Shown in pieces: positions 37,843 to 51,800 of a stretch of 57,685 bases of DNA. How positions within the stretch are numbered: the stretch's first letter is position 1; the number at the start of each line of letters is the position of its first letter. Location of the stretch: NCBI GenBank assembly GCA_049724395.1, contig JAUGWO010000048.1, positions 124,001 through 181,685 on the forward strand. Reading direction: 5' to 3'. The notes beneath the pieces were generated by a model that was not told the DNA's origin, did not search any database, and saw only the letters and a program-made list of their open reading frames with translations. Position numbers and translations under genes: made by a program. Source of the stretch: Spongospora subterranea f. sp. subterranea. Lineage: Eukaryota.

Positions 37843-39390
37843 ATGGCATTGGACCAAGGGGTCCTGGACTCATGGGCTCCTTTCTGGAACACGTGGATTG
37901 TATTTCAGGCCCTATACTTTGGCGCCAATTTAGCCTTGTTCTACCAACGACGCCATATGCAGCCGATCAAATTCCTTCAGCCGATGCAATTACTGACCGT
38001 GAACGTGTTCGGGGCCCTGTACGGGATCACATTATCGACGATGTATGTCGAGCCCCGAGGATCGATCTTCATCAAGATCGTCGTCCCGCAGATGTTCCTG
38101 TCGGCGATGTGCGACATGTACGCGTTGATCGCGGGCGGGATCATGATCGCCTTCAGCCGCACCACCGAGCAGCTGCACCTGTCCAACAATCGATCGCCAC
38201 TCGAGTCCAAGCAGATCGCCCGCTTCATCCGCATCTCCAAGATCGTGCTGAGCCAGCGGTTCTCGGCCGTTTTCCTCATCTCTAGCGCCATCATCCAGCT
38301 GTCCCTTCAGACCGCGTACGCCATGGCGCACCCGAACCTGATCTTCGCCACCGTGGCCGACGGGTTTGACGAACAGACCTACGTCCCTGAGTTCATCAGC
38401 ATCGGCGTGAAGAAGATCGCTCTGGATTGCGCCATTTTCGTGTTCGTCGCCGTCAAGCTGCGGATCGTCACGGACGTTCACGGGATCAAGGCGAACCTGA
38501 AGCGAGCGGCGATCTGTTCCATCATCGGCTTGACGGGATTCACAATCTCCATGGTCTTCACAGACAAGCACGAAACGAATCGGGGGTTCACCGTCTCCTC
38601 ACAGCTGAGCAATCTCCTGTACACGCTCGTCAACTTCGTCGCCTTCACCTTGTAGGGACAATCGTTCCGTTCGTTCGTCCGCCCTCCGTCGTTGGTCCAC
38701 AAATGTTTCGGTTTTTGATCGCATTTCAGTCCACAATCCACAATTCGACCGATTCTCATCATTGGTTTATATCAACAGGACCCTTACAATCCCCATCGTC
38801 CAAACAATGCAACACCGAAGGACGTCGCGGATTCAGATCGAAGTCCATGGAGACTTGGAGGAGTTCTTGCGAACACCGGGCGGATTGGCCGCCTTCAAGT
38901 TGGTACTTCAAATTCCCCCAAAAAAACCACCTTCGGAAACGACCGGAAAACGGGTTCTGATATTTCTCGTTCTGCTTGTGTGCTCAGGAAGGAGTTGGCG
39001 AGGGAGTTCGCGATTGAGAACGTGCTGTTCTGGGAAGCGTGCAATCGGTATCTGAGGCAATCGACGTCGTCGTCGGGATTCACGGAAACCGCCGCCGGGC
39101 GGCTACGCAACGCCAAAGAGATCCACGACATGTACCTGGCCGAGAATTCGCCATTGGAGGTCAACCTGGACGGCAAGATCCTGAGCGAGTTCCGCGAGCT
39201 GTTCTCCCAACAGGGTCCGGGCCAGCTCAGGACGGTCGACGCCCTATTCAGGGCGGCGTCGCAGACCATCTTGCGCCTGATGGAGGACAACTTCTTCACT
39301 AGATTCAAGGACCGACACCCTGAACTGTGGACCGAGTTCCTGCGACAACGCCACGAGAACGTCGTGTTGGTTTCGATCTCGACCACGTAA
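37843..39390 (+). CDS. 7TM-RGS protein, paralogue 1 (3 exons)
   Basis: About 7 hydrophobic helices in exon 1, then RGS domain GLAAF|KKELAREFAIENVLFWEAC...AKEIHDMYLAENSPLEVNL...LMEDNFF.RF. Confidence 0.88.
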
Positions 39391-39854
39391 ACACTCGGGC
39401 ACCGGTCACATCGATCCTCCTCCGATCGGGGAGAAAGGTGTCGTCTCCCCGAATATATTCTAACACTCTTTAACCGAACAGAACATATATATATATATAG
39501 CAACAAAGGCAAAACCCGACTCCAATGTCTGTCGTTCAGAACTGATAATTGTTGTGATTCACGTCATCGTCTGTTTATTGGTTCGAGGGGTGAGCTTTTG
39601 TGTGTCGAAGACGTCGATCATTGAAGGCAGAGGCGAGTTCCGCCCCCGATATTGAAACCGTCCCCGACGCGACGTGTGTGCAGATTGGGTGAATCGGCGC
39701 CAGGATCGGGGTAAACCAGATCGAGCAGTACATGGATATTTGGGGGAAATGGGGGAGCGGGAGCCGGATGGTGATCCCAACAGAAGGAACGTCCCTGATG
39801 TGGGATCGGGATCATCGACGGGTCCGCTGAGAGCCAGAGGTGGTCGACCGACAG

Positions 39855-41521
39855 ATGGATCGCCAGGTCCTCGACCAATGGATGGGTTTCTGGCGCGTAT
39901 GGATCACCTGCCAGACCCTGTACCACACCCTGGTCCTGGCGCTATTCTATCGCCGTCGCCATCGTCTGCCCATCAAACTCCTTCGCCCCAACCAGCTCCT
40001 TCTCTGCCATACATTCGGCGCCCTGTACTGCTTCACCTTATCGACCATCCTCTACTGGGTGGATCGTCCGATCTTCCCCACCATCGTCGTCCCACACGCC
40101 TTCCTCTCCCTGTATTGCGACATGTTCGCCGCCATCGCCTCCGGATTGCTCCTGGCCTTCAGCCGAACCTACGAGCAGCTACGCTTAACGCGCCCCGATC
40201 TATCCCCGGACGAACGACGTAAGATCGAGATTGTGATCCGAATTTCCAAGGTCCTGTCCAATCCCAAGGCGATGGCGCAACTCCTAACCTTGAGCGTCGT
40301 CGCCCAAATCGCGATCCAGACCATTTATGCGTTATCGCATCCCGATGAGATATTCGCCAGCATCGCCGACGGGTACGACGAGACCGAATACGTCCCGGTT
40401 TTTATCGAGATCGGCGTCAAGAAGATCGCGGTCAGTTGTGTGATATTCGTGATCGTGGCGGTGAAACTGAGAATTGTGGCCGATGTGCACGGGATCAAGG
40501 CGAATCTGAAGCGGACGGCGATGGCGGCCGTGATCGGTCTCACGTCCTTCACCATATCGAACGTGATGATCAAGCACCCATCGACGGCCGACGCCTTCAC
40601 TCTTACACGCGAATATACGATCATCGTCTACACATCCCTCGTCACCGTTATCATCACATCGTAAGTTCTGACGTCCTCATTCCCAAAAAGCAATGCGTTG
40701 TTTCACGTTGATCACGAATACGACACGAGACGAAAGATAGATTTGACGATGATCAACGGCTGATATATTGTTTGTGCTGTTTGAAACCACAGAGCCATTA
40801 CGTTGCCCGTTATACAATCGTGGCGATTTAACAATGACGATATGAATGTTGTGACTGTGGGAGATGATCAAACCCATCGACAACTGCTGGAAATACTACA
40901 CACGAAAGAGGGTCTGGACGCCTTCAAGTCGGTATTGTGCTGGTCAGATAACCCGACCTCATTCACTGATTATCGTGGGCGGAATCCGTTTTCAGGAAGG
41001 AGCTGGCGAAGGAGTTCGCCGTTGAGAACATCCTGTTCTGGGAGGCGTGCGAGGAGTTCGCCAAACAGGCCAAGTCGAGTTTGATGGCGAAACACAACTT
41101 GGGCGACGATATCAGATCGCGCGCCAAACAGATCTACGATCGGTTCATCGCCGACAACGCCCCATTGGAGGTGAATATATCGGGGCAAATGCGGAAAGAT
41201 CTCCAGGAGATGTTCGCCAACGACGACTGGCGCCAATCGTCCACGATCGACTGGCGCCTGTTCGCCATGGCGTCCGAGTCGGTATTGCGCCTGATGCAGG
41301 CGAACTTTCTGGACGGGTTCAAGGCGTCGCACAAGGAGCTTTGGAGCCGGTTCGAGCTGAAAACCAGGGAGGACGCCGCCCTGGAAATATATTCGGAGAT
41401 GAACAGCTGGGCTGTGGGGGGCAATGAAAGATCGGCACGATCGCTAGCAGAATCGATCAGACGATCGTTTAGACTTGATCGTAATCGGGTCAACGTTGAA
41501 AAATTAGACATTTCAATATAA
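39855..41521 (+). CDS. 7TM-RGS protein, paralogue 2 (3 exons)
   Basis: Homologous TM region (RRH..PIK, DVHGIKANLKR) and RGS EFAVENILFWEAC...IYDRFIADNAPLEVNIS. Confidence 0.88.
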
Positions 41522-41657
41522 AACCAATCTATCAACCTTCGCGCGTTTCACGCGAACCGAAATCGACAATCTGAAACGGTTCGGTCGATCTGGTTTAGAG
41601 AATTGCAGAAACCCAGATATTGGGAATATATTAAATGTGTGAGATCAGAAGGGGATA

Positions 41658-43821
41658 TCAACTTGTGGTCTCTGGAGCGGCGTCGCCATTGGTGGTCTTG
41701 GAATATATCTGGAGGACCAGGGCCTCCTGATGCCCTCGCTGGACCAAGGACCACACATCGGGACGGGATTTGGTGAACCGCACCATGAAGTTCACCTCCA
41801 TCAAGGTCAGAATCGCCCTGGCCGCTCGATCGAACAGATTCGCGTCCATGGCGCCATCCAACGGGTCGCGCCCGTTATCGAACATGTCCCGGAACATGAT
41901 CAACGTCTGGCTAGGGAGATTCACTTCCATCGGGGCGTTCGACGCCAGGTACCGGTCGAAGATGCGACGCGCGTGCAGCTGGACCTTATCGGAATCGGGC
42001 AAGCGACGAACGGGCGTTGCGCCAGGTCGATGTTGGACGAGCAAGGCGGCCGCGGATCGATACTGTTGACATTCCTCCCAGAACAGGATGTTCTCAACGG
42101 CGAACTCTTCCTCCAATTGTTTTCTGGAGATATGGACAGACGCGCGTTCAGTGATATATTCAGCCCAAACAGCATTGGCAAAACCGGAATCCGTTTAGCG
42201 ATGTCGTCGACGATCACGAAAAACACACTGACTACCAGAAAACGCAGAAAAAGTTTTGTTGACGAGAGGCGCCGAGTTCAAAGTTAAGGGGACGTGAACG
42301 ATAAATTTGCATTCAACTTCTAAAACAATACACCATCAACGTGAGATCACGAACTGGAGAACAAATAAACACAGAAAGTGAGTTGGCAGTTTTTGATAGT
42401 AAATTACGTTGGCAGTGCTTGTGCGAATATATCTGATTTGATATAACGGGGAATGTACTAACTTGAAAGCGGCCAACCCTTCTGGAATTCTCAGCAACGC
42501 ACCCAGTTTCCCATGCTCGTGTGATGTTGTTCCGTCATCCCTGACCGACGCGAACTTCGTCCACGATTGGTGTATTGGAACACTGATGCTCCTGGTCAAC
42601 GAAATCAGATCAAACCCCAGCACGATTCCTATAACCGCCGATTTCGTGGCTGGAACATGAAAAAACATTGACACCAGTAGGCTGAGGTTAAAATATTGTT
42701 CTGAAGCAAATAGTTTGTGGGATCAATCAATTGAAAATTTGATTTGGTCGAAACCTTGTTCTGAGAACACAAAGGAACAGAGCTGTAAATTTCAGTGCTT
42801 TGAAATTTGGCTCAGAATAACAGAAATTTGCAAAGCTGATCGGTCAACGCCATTAGAGTGCAACGTGAGAGGTGTTGATCTGACGAGGAGAAGACGTAAT
42901 TGGCGAGAAGCGTGTAGGCAAAGGTGTTGAGTTGACGGCCGATCGCGACCGTCCGAGGATTGGTTGTCAGGGAGAAAAAGACTAGAACGGCCACGAACGG
43001 GAAGAACCCGATCACGACACCGATCGCGGTCCGGCTCAGGTTCCGTTTGATCCCGTGTAGGTCGGCGACCATCCTCAGGTTCCGGGCCAGGTACAGGAAC
43101 AGGATGGCGCTAGAGCCCACCTTCATGACGACGACGCTGATGAAGAAGGGGGCGAATTTGTTATCGTCCAGCCCGTCCAGGAAACTGGTGAAGAGGATCT
43201 GGGTGGGATGTGCCAGGGCGTACCTGACCTGGATCGAGATTTGAACTGATAAACTGGCGATCAGGAAGACGGCGGTGGCGATATTGTTCGATAAAAGCTT
43301 CGAGATTCGAATGAAGATCGCGGCGCGTCGAGCGGTGGACGGCGGACTGTCGGATTGGTATAAACGCAGCTGCTCTTGGGTTCGGCTGAAGGCCAGGAAC
43401 AGGCCAGCGGCGATCACCTGCAATCATAATCAGGAAATGGGGTTCACCCGACCGGTCTGGAAAACACGACGGTGCGAACAACGGAGTCGGAAAACGACAA
43501 TACGTGGAGAATATATCGACATGATGATTGGTTTTGGGGTAAACGTACCGCGAACATATCGCAGACCAGCGATAGAAATGCATGGGGAATGATAAGGGTG
43601 ACGATTGGCAACCATGGGCACAACCACATCAACGATAACGTCAACGAGAACGCCGAGGCGAATATGTTCGCCAGAAACATCGCCCTGGGTCGCTGCAATC
43701 TGATCGGGAGCAGGTGCCGGCGTTGCCAGAACAGGGTCAGGGCTGCAACATGGTAGATGATTTGAAGCGCTAACCAGATGGCCCAGTATGGGACCATGGC
43801 CAAGACCAGATCACGGTCCAT
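41658..43821 (-). CDS. 7TM-RGS protein, paralogue 3 (at least 4 exons)
   Basis: RRHLLPIR, DLHGIKRNL TM motifs; EGLAAFK, EFAVENILFWEEC, IFDRYLASNAPMEVNLP RGS motifs. Confidence 0.88.
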
Positions 43822-44382
43822 GGCGATGTTGTGTCTGGGGTTTGTCAACTTCGGGGATATTACGGAAGGTCGGTCAATTGAGGGCCACCGGCCGTACCTT
43901 CAGGGCAAATATCGACTTCTGTCTGTCAAGCATGACAACCCACATTAGATTTTATCAGCGAATGTCAAACGGAACGATCACAGGAAGGCAATCAGGTGTT
44001 GACAGTTGGAAAGGGCTTCGTGGAACGAACAGACAATTTCTGAGCCGCAAATGGGTGCAGTTATGACGAATGCGTTCATGGGAATGTAAACAGTTGCACG
44101 ATTGGTGAGGAACAGGATCGAAGATAGACAATATGGATTAAGGAACATCTGACGTAATTCAAATAATCAACTTTTCCAGACACAATTGTCATCGCGCACG
44201 AATTTCTCCGCCTGTCAACAGGAATTTGAATGCCAGACGAAAAACTTTTCGAGAACAACATCTGCAATCATAAGCCGTATGTGAATTAAACAGCTGGCAA
44301 TTAAGTTGTTTTAGTGATGGAGATATGGAGAGAGAATCGCAGACAAGAGTTGAGCATTTTTGACGGCGCCGCTTTCAAGCGA

Positions 44383-47300
44383 CTATTCATCGCGATCGTC
44401 CCAGTGTCCTTGTCCCTTGGGGGCCTTCGGTCCGCCGGCTGGCTTGGCCATGATGATTTGATCAACAGACAACACGGTCGTGGCCACGTCTGTGGCCAAC
44501 TTCAAAGCGTGCAGCTTCGTGTCCAGATGGTCTGCAACAACATGCTCATTTAGCCAAACATTTTAAACGACGATACACAAAGGGCACAACTACAAAAACG
44601 CAAGGAAAAAAATAAACTAATCGACTGATTGCCCATACCATATACACCCAAAGGGCGCATATCAGAAACGCTGTCCCCTTCGATGTTGACTCCGACCGTG
44701 CTGTCTCCTCGCTCATGCGCTGAATACAACTACATAAAACCGATCAGTGAAGCTTATGAAGTCAAAAACAGAATGTGCTGGCGAGAAATTTACGAAGAGA
44801 GGCAACAACGACAAAATATATTAGGTACTGGGCAGAAACACAAAAACACGCATTATGAATTGAAAAATAGTAACAGCAGAAATTCACCTTAGCCAGAATT
44901 TGAGTGGCGTCGAGTCCAGCGTTTTGAGCCAATGTACGAGGAAACATGGCCATAGCATCTGCGTAAGCTTTGATCGCATACTGTTCCAGGCCCACACATG
45001 ACGTAGCATAGGATAAGAGCTGAGCAGAAACAGCCAACTCGCATGCACCACCACCGGCGGTGAACGCTGGAGACTTACATACCTGTACCCAGAAATTAAT
45101 CACATCTGCCAAACTATTGAGGATAGAAAATGGAAGCAACTTCAAGTTCGTTGCTAAAAAAAACGGGGTTTGGCATGAACCAAGCTTGGTTTAACAGCAC
45201 ACGGAAAAACTTGATTCAGATCGAGATTACTGACCGCTCGAACAACGTTAACACCGTCTTCAATAGCTCGCTCAAAATCGTTGAGGTAATTTTCAGTTGA
45301 TCCACGTAAAATAATGGTGCTGATAACGGAATGCTGGTTACGGGTGGCATCCTTCTCGCCGCCCTGTTGGAATACCGTACACGTTTGTGCTCCGACATCG
45401 CTATACAGAACACCCAAAGAATGAAGAAATTGACACATTGGCACCAAACAGTGTCAAAATACAACAAGAGCATGTTTACGAAAGAGAAGAACCCCAAAAT
45501 TGAGAAAGAAAACTTCAGAACAGTGGCAGTAATTGCTAAAACCTACCGGATATATGCCTTGGAACAGTAGCCGAGATCTTCGGCAGAAACTGGAGTCTGA
45601 ATATTTAGGTTCAGGTTGGCGTTCAGAGACCGAGCCAATCGACGCAACTCAAATTTGGACGTGACACGACTATATCGAAATTATGTCAACTGGACCGAAA
45701 TTGAGGAAAACAATGAATTTGGTTGACAATGATACTAAGCAACTGAGAAACTCCACAGCAGTACAGTAAAGCGCGAAACAAGGTACAAAAAAGAACGCGA
45801 AAATCGTAGATGCAATTTGGTCAAGAGGTGATAATAAGGTTCGATTATAATATGAGAAATAGCATTACAGAGCAAGGATGTTGTTTTTGTTAAGGAAATG
45901 TAACGCCATTTCTGAAATCTTGCCACCTGTTACAACAGCATTGCATCCAATCGCTGCGAGCGCCTCAATCATGCTCTGTATTAGCTTCTCCTCTCCAATG
46001 CTGTAATCCAGAAGTTCACGAGCAGAATTCAAAGCAACCGTTCCTGAGGAGTCCATGTCAAATTGTGTATGCAGAAATTTTTGTAAAAAGAATAAATAAC
46101 AGACAAGACAGACACGGATGACCGAATATCCAAACGTAACAGCGGAAACGGGCAATTGCCGTTGCGTACTACCTTTGGTATCAGTAGTGGAGGTGTCGAT
46201 GGATTCAACAAAGACGGCGACATTGGCTTGATTCACCTCAAGGGTAGTTCCATCTGGGGCGCGACCAACAACAACCCCCATTAGCACTTCACTTTGATGC
46301 AAACTGCCGCCGTGGACCTTGCATACTCGAACATTATCCACTACAACAAAAATTGATCATCAAAAAAAATTGATACCACACTGACCCAACGGCAACCGCG
46401 TTTATTTCAAACATAAACAGAACCTCGAAAACAAAACAAAAGATTGGCGAAAAGTTTTTCAAATTAACAGTTCAGAAAAGCAACAAACGGTAACATGCAC
46501 ATGGGACAAACAGCATGAACGTCTGAATAGAATACAGACGAAAAGCATAAAAAACTCATACCATTGAAGCTTGATGGTTTGGATGGCATTACAGCGGCGC
46601 ACGCTTTTCCGATGAGGTCGCACAAAATTGCCTCGTTTCCGTACTGTTTGGAACAAATGGCCGTAAAACACGCCTGGGCTAACGCCTTTGGCTCCGTGAA
46701 CGATTCTATGCACAATTACATAAGACATTGGGAAAGCAAGCAATTCTCTGATAAAAAAAATGATAATTTGATAAAATGTTAAAAATTCGGACACGGGGAT
46801 CGATAACAATGACAAATTCTACCTTGATTGAAACAGGTCAAGCCGGACATAATTTCTAGGGCTTTGACGCCAGCCATACCGTAACCACGGACGATATCTG
46901 CAGGGTGCAATCCCATTCGCAGCAAACCCTCAGCTTGTGACATCAGTTCGCCGGCCAATACGACTACAAAATTGGAGTTGTCACCGCATTCATAGTCCTG
47001 CAGAAAAAGCATATCAACAACAACTACAGCAAGGAATATCGGAAAACAAAAAACCGGAAAATCGTGATCATTCCTTAGAAAAAGAGCAAACATATTTGCG
47101 AGAATGTGTGAATAGGTTTGAAAAAACAAAGATAAAAAAGCCCAATAAAACCTGTTGTTGTGCGGCCATAACAATCATTTTGGCGGCTGGATGTTCGACG
47201 TCAATTTCTTTCAGGATAGTGGCGGAATCCGATGTGACGAATAGCTTGTCGAGGTGATTGATCACCATTTTATTCATTCCGTGTGGACCCAGCGACGTTC

Positions 47301-47474
47301 TGGTCATCTTGGCAAGCGTCCGGCAAGCCTCAATGTTGCGCACGACCGCGTCGGCAGTGCCCGTCATGTGTTTCGTGCCCGATTTGAAAAGGGCTGGCTG
47401 ACCGCGCATCATGTTCTACAATACGCCGTCAGCGACGAAAACAGAAGAGATGCGCCACCAGATTTTACCTTCAT
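44383..47474 (-). CDS. CCT8: T-complex protein 1 subunit theta, multi-exon
   Basis: AVVRNIEAC, RTSLGPHGMNKMVINHLDKLFVTSD, ECGDNSN, STIILRGST, VDQIIMAKPAGGPK, HWDD C-terminus. Confidence 0.95.
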
Positions 47475-47689
47475 GTTTGAACGAGCTGTGAAAGACGCCG
47501 ATTTCAACGATAACTGTTTTAGAGGTTAATGGGATCCGTTACGGAGTCCGCAAAAGCATTCAACTGTTGTTAAATCGTTTTCGACGCTGGCGACGAAAAA
47601 TGCTGTCGAAAAGGCCCCGCACTTTCCGGTTGCGCATTATCAAGCACCCGCGATGTACATACCGCAGTCTGTATACGATAGGCCTCTTC

Positions 47690-48300
47690 AAGGTACAGTA
47701 TACGAAAGGACACGGTATTTTTTTTTGTCCGTACCCAGTACCTGTATAAGGTAGATACGGGTCTATACGGGTATTGGGTGTGGTACGTCGCTCAGTTTGG
47801 GAACCTTCTTCACTCGTCGTCTCACTCGCTACCCTTCGCAAACGGCAGATCGATCATCAATATTTGCAACTGTGGCGTTGATTTGTCCAAATGTCTGCAT
47901 TCGATTCTTCGTCACATTGTAATGTCAGTGAGGACGCTGTCGTCATCGAATCTCTCGATATAGTGGAGGTTGCACAATAGTCCGATAATGAAGATGTTGA
48001 TATCAGAGGTCTTCGCAAGCGACAGCGGTTCAGCTTGTTTGGGATCACGTTCGCGCATACTACGAAGACAGAGACTGAGAAGTACGCGGCCAAATGCCAA
48101 TGTCGACATTGCCACAAATGGTATTCAAACAAAATCAGCGTCTGGATGGAAGAGTCACTTGAAGAACCACCGTATTTTTGGAGCCTTCTTCGGACGCAGG
48201 AACAAGCAATCCCAGTAGTGATCCTTTCAATAATTCAATCGCGCCACAGTCTCAACTACAACGAGGTCATCGCGCCACAGTCTCAACTACAACGAGGTCG
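47690..48300 (+). mobile_element. Possible hAT 5' remnant with BED-like zinc finger and 30-bp tandem duplication
   Basis: ccgtacc/atacgggt subterminal-type motifs at 47690-47775; AKCQCRHCHKWY; atcgcgccacagtctcaactacaacgaggtc twice at 48238-48299. Confidence 0.35.
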
Positions 48301-48817
48301 TGGACCAAGAGCTTGCAATGCTGCATCACAATGTCATTGATTATGTTGTATCGTCGATGACGTCATATCAAAAGAGCCAATGAAGGAATTGTTGGAGCAC
48401 TGGGTACCAACCAATGTTCCAATATCACACATATCGATATATTACACATATTGATATCGACTACAATCTGTTCTATAATGTGTCTCATATTTTGCAGGAC
48501 GGGTGGTCTCTGGTCTGGGGTCCCGCACCAAAGTCCGCAACAGTAGTCGTTATGTCGCATTGTTGGCAGTTATCATGGCCAAAATCTATTGAAATGCGAA
48601 TTAGGAGTAGTGTAGTGTATACAGATTTTAGTTGGTGCCCATTCACTACCCACCCACGCAGTTTTTGAAAAGAAACAGCATGTAAATACCCACTCGCGAA
48701 TTAGGACCTCAGTGGTGGCCAGACGCATTTTCAAATAAACTCGCGGGAGGACGGGGTCCGCGCCACACACGCTATCAGCCTATCACCCACCTTGAATTGT
48801 CATTCTTTGTTTTACCG

Positions 48818-51800
48818 ATGGTATTGAATCCGATAATATTGATTTTTGGTGCCGTATTCCTCTTTCAACCACTAAATGGGTCCGAACCTACCCTTGATGA
48901 GGCAATTGAAAAAGGGTCGCTATAGTCTATTAATGTTGGCCAATACTGTACTAAATACTTAATCGGATTATTTAGAGATGAAGTCGCTGAGAAATTGGCC
49001 ACGATATTTGACCCGTGTACAGCTTCTCCCTATTACGTTGAACGTGGTATTGGTCGGAATCAGTATTGGAGCAAGGTATGCTGCAAATACAAGATCACCG
49101 TTCTTGATTTAGCACTTCTCTACTGCCGGTAATATTGACTTGACAATGGATTCTATTTCCCCCTTGATGTTATTACAATAGAGGAAATGTCGCCACTATT
49201 CTGATAGATAAAGGGGCCGACATATTCACACAGGATCAATTCGGGAATACTCCATTGCACATCGCCGCTGCTCAGGGCGTGTAATATATTCAATATCATA
49301 TGTCATTACCCCCTGATCTGACACACTAATAGAAATATCGCCGTCATCAAGCTCTTGAAGGAAATCAAAAAGACAAAACCACAAGCTCTTGACCTCCATA
49401 ACAACTCTGGTTACACTCCACTCCATTTTGCAGTGAAATTTGATCGGTTGGTCGTATAGAGTGTTTAGGGTGATCTGCTGACAATATTTACTACTGATTA
49501 TTCAGGGATGTGGTGATTAAGACTCTGTTGAATGGAGGAGCCAATTTCATGATCGTTAATGAATATGGCAATACAGCACTGCACCTGGCAATCGAGCGAA
49601 GCCTGTAGATTGCTATCATCTGTGGAAACTGTAACTCATCTGATTAAGCTCTCACAGAAGTGGAGAGATCATTATTGATATAATTGAGGCGACGAAGGCA
49701 CAACGTATCCATGTTCTGGGTCATAGTGGAATGACGGAACCTTCTTTGTGTTTGAGTGGACAAGTAATTCACAATGGCCTGTATTTTGTAAATCTGGGCG
49801 TCGATAATAATCAAGTCGCTGAATGATTTGATAGAGACCGAGATGCCAAACGAGATTGGACTTTAGAACTGCTCAAACTCAGGAACAATTATGGGCACAC
49901 AGCTCTCTCACATGCAGTTTATCATCGACGGTTGGTCAATTTACTGTCTGGGTCTGGTTAACGCCTTCAGTTATCAGTTTCAGTGAGGAAATTTCCCATT
50001 CTGTTGAAGCACGGTGCCGATCCCACATTAACAGATACTAAGGGCAATACAGCATTGCACCTGGCGATAAAAGAGCGACTGTAGACTGCTATAATATGTG
50101 GAATTTGGAACTCATCTGATTGAGATCTCACAGAAGTGGAGAGATCATTAATGATATAATTAAAGCGGCGAGGGCAAAGGCTGTCGATATTCTGGGCCAT
50201 AATGAGATGACGAATCCCTCTGGGTGTGCCAGTGGAGCAATGGATCATGATGGACTGTATATTCATGATAGGTGCGTTGAAATCATTGAAGTCGCTGATC
50301 TGATCTCACAGCAACCGGAATGCCATCGGTGAGGCGACGTCAGAAATAATGAACCTCAGGAACAATATGGGGCACACTGCTCTCTTACATGCAGTTTATT
50401 ATCGTCGGTTGGTCAATTTACTGTCTGGGTCTGATTAGCGCCTTCAATTATCTGTTTCAGTGAGGAAATCTCCCAAATTCTGTTGAAGCACGGTGCCGAT
50501 CCCACATTAATAGATACTGATGGCAATACAGCATTGCACCTGGCGATAGAAGAGCGACTGTAGACTGCTATAATATGTGGACTCTGGAACTCATCTGATT
50601 GAGATCTCACAGAAGTGGAGAGATCATTAATGATATGATTAAAGCGGCGAGGGCAAAGCCTGTCAATATTCTGGGCCATAATGAGATGACGAATCCGTCT
50701 GGGTGTTCCAGTGGAGCAATGGATCATGATGGATTGTATATTCATGATAGGTGCGTTGAAATCATTGAAGTCGCTGATTTGATCTCACAGCAACCGGAAT
50801 GCCATCGGTGAGGCGACGTCAGAAATAATGAACCTCAGGAACAATATGGGGCACACTGCTCTCTTACATGCAGTTTATTATCGTCGGTTGGTAATTTACT
50901 GACTTGGGTCTGATTAGGGCCTTCAATTATCAGTTTCAGTGAGAAAATTTCCCGAATTCTGTTGAAGCACGGTGCCGATCCCACATCAACAGATACTTTT
51001 GGCAATACAGCATTGCACCTGGCGATAGAAGAGCGACTGTAGACTGCTATAATATGTGGAATTGCAACTCATCTGATTGAGATCTCACAGAAGTCAGAGA
51101 TCATTATCGAGATGATCAATCCCTCTGGGTGTTCAAGTGATGGCCTGTATATTCATGATAGGTGTGCTGAAATCATTAAAGTCGTTGATCTGATCTCACA
51201 GGGACCGAAATGCCATCGGTGAAGCGACGTCAGAAATATTGAACCTCAGGGACAATAAGGGGCGCACTGCTCTCTTACATGCATTTTATCATTGTTGGTT
51301 GGTCAATTTACTCTCTGGCTCGCCTTCGGTAATCAGTTTTAGTGAGAAGATCTCCCGAATTCTGTTGAAGTTCGGTGCCGATCCCACAACAACCGATATT
51401 GATGACAATACAGCATTGCACCTGGCGTTACAAGGAAATCTGTAAACTGCTATATTATGTGGAAATTGAAACTCATCTGATTGAGATCTCACAGAGATGA
51501 AGAGATCTGAGGGCAAAGGCTGTCGATGTTTTGGGCCAAATGAGATGGCGGCTGGGAGTTCGAGTGGAACAATGGTTCAGAATGGCCTGTATATTCCTAA
51601 TAGGTGCGTTGAAATCATTAAAGTCGCTGATCTGATCTCACAGAGACCGAAATGCCATCGATGAAGCGACTTCTGTACTATTGAACCGCAGGAACCATGA
51701 TGGGCGCACTGCTTTTTGCACAGCAATTCGTGTTTGTCGGTTGGTCAAATTTGCTGTCCTCTAATCACCCTCATCAATGATGGTGTCTGTGTATCTCCAG

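Noticed and set aside
37743..43756. Many long overlapping alternative-frame and antisense ORFs
   Set aside because: Expected shadows of the GC-rich 7TM-RGS coding sequence; no domains recognised
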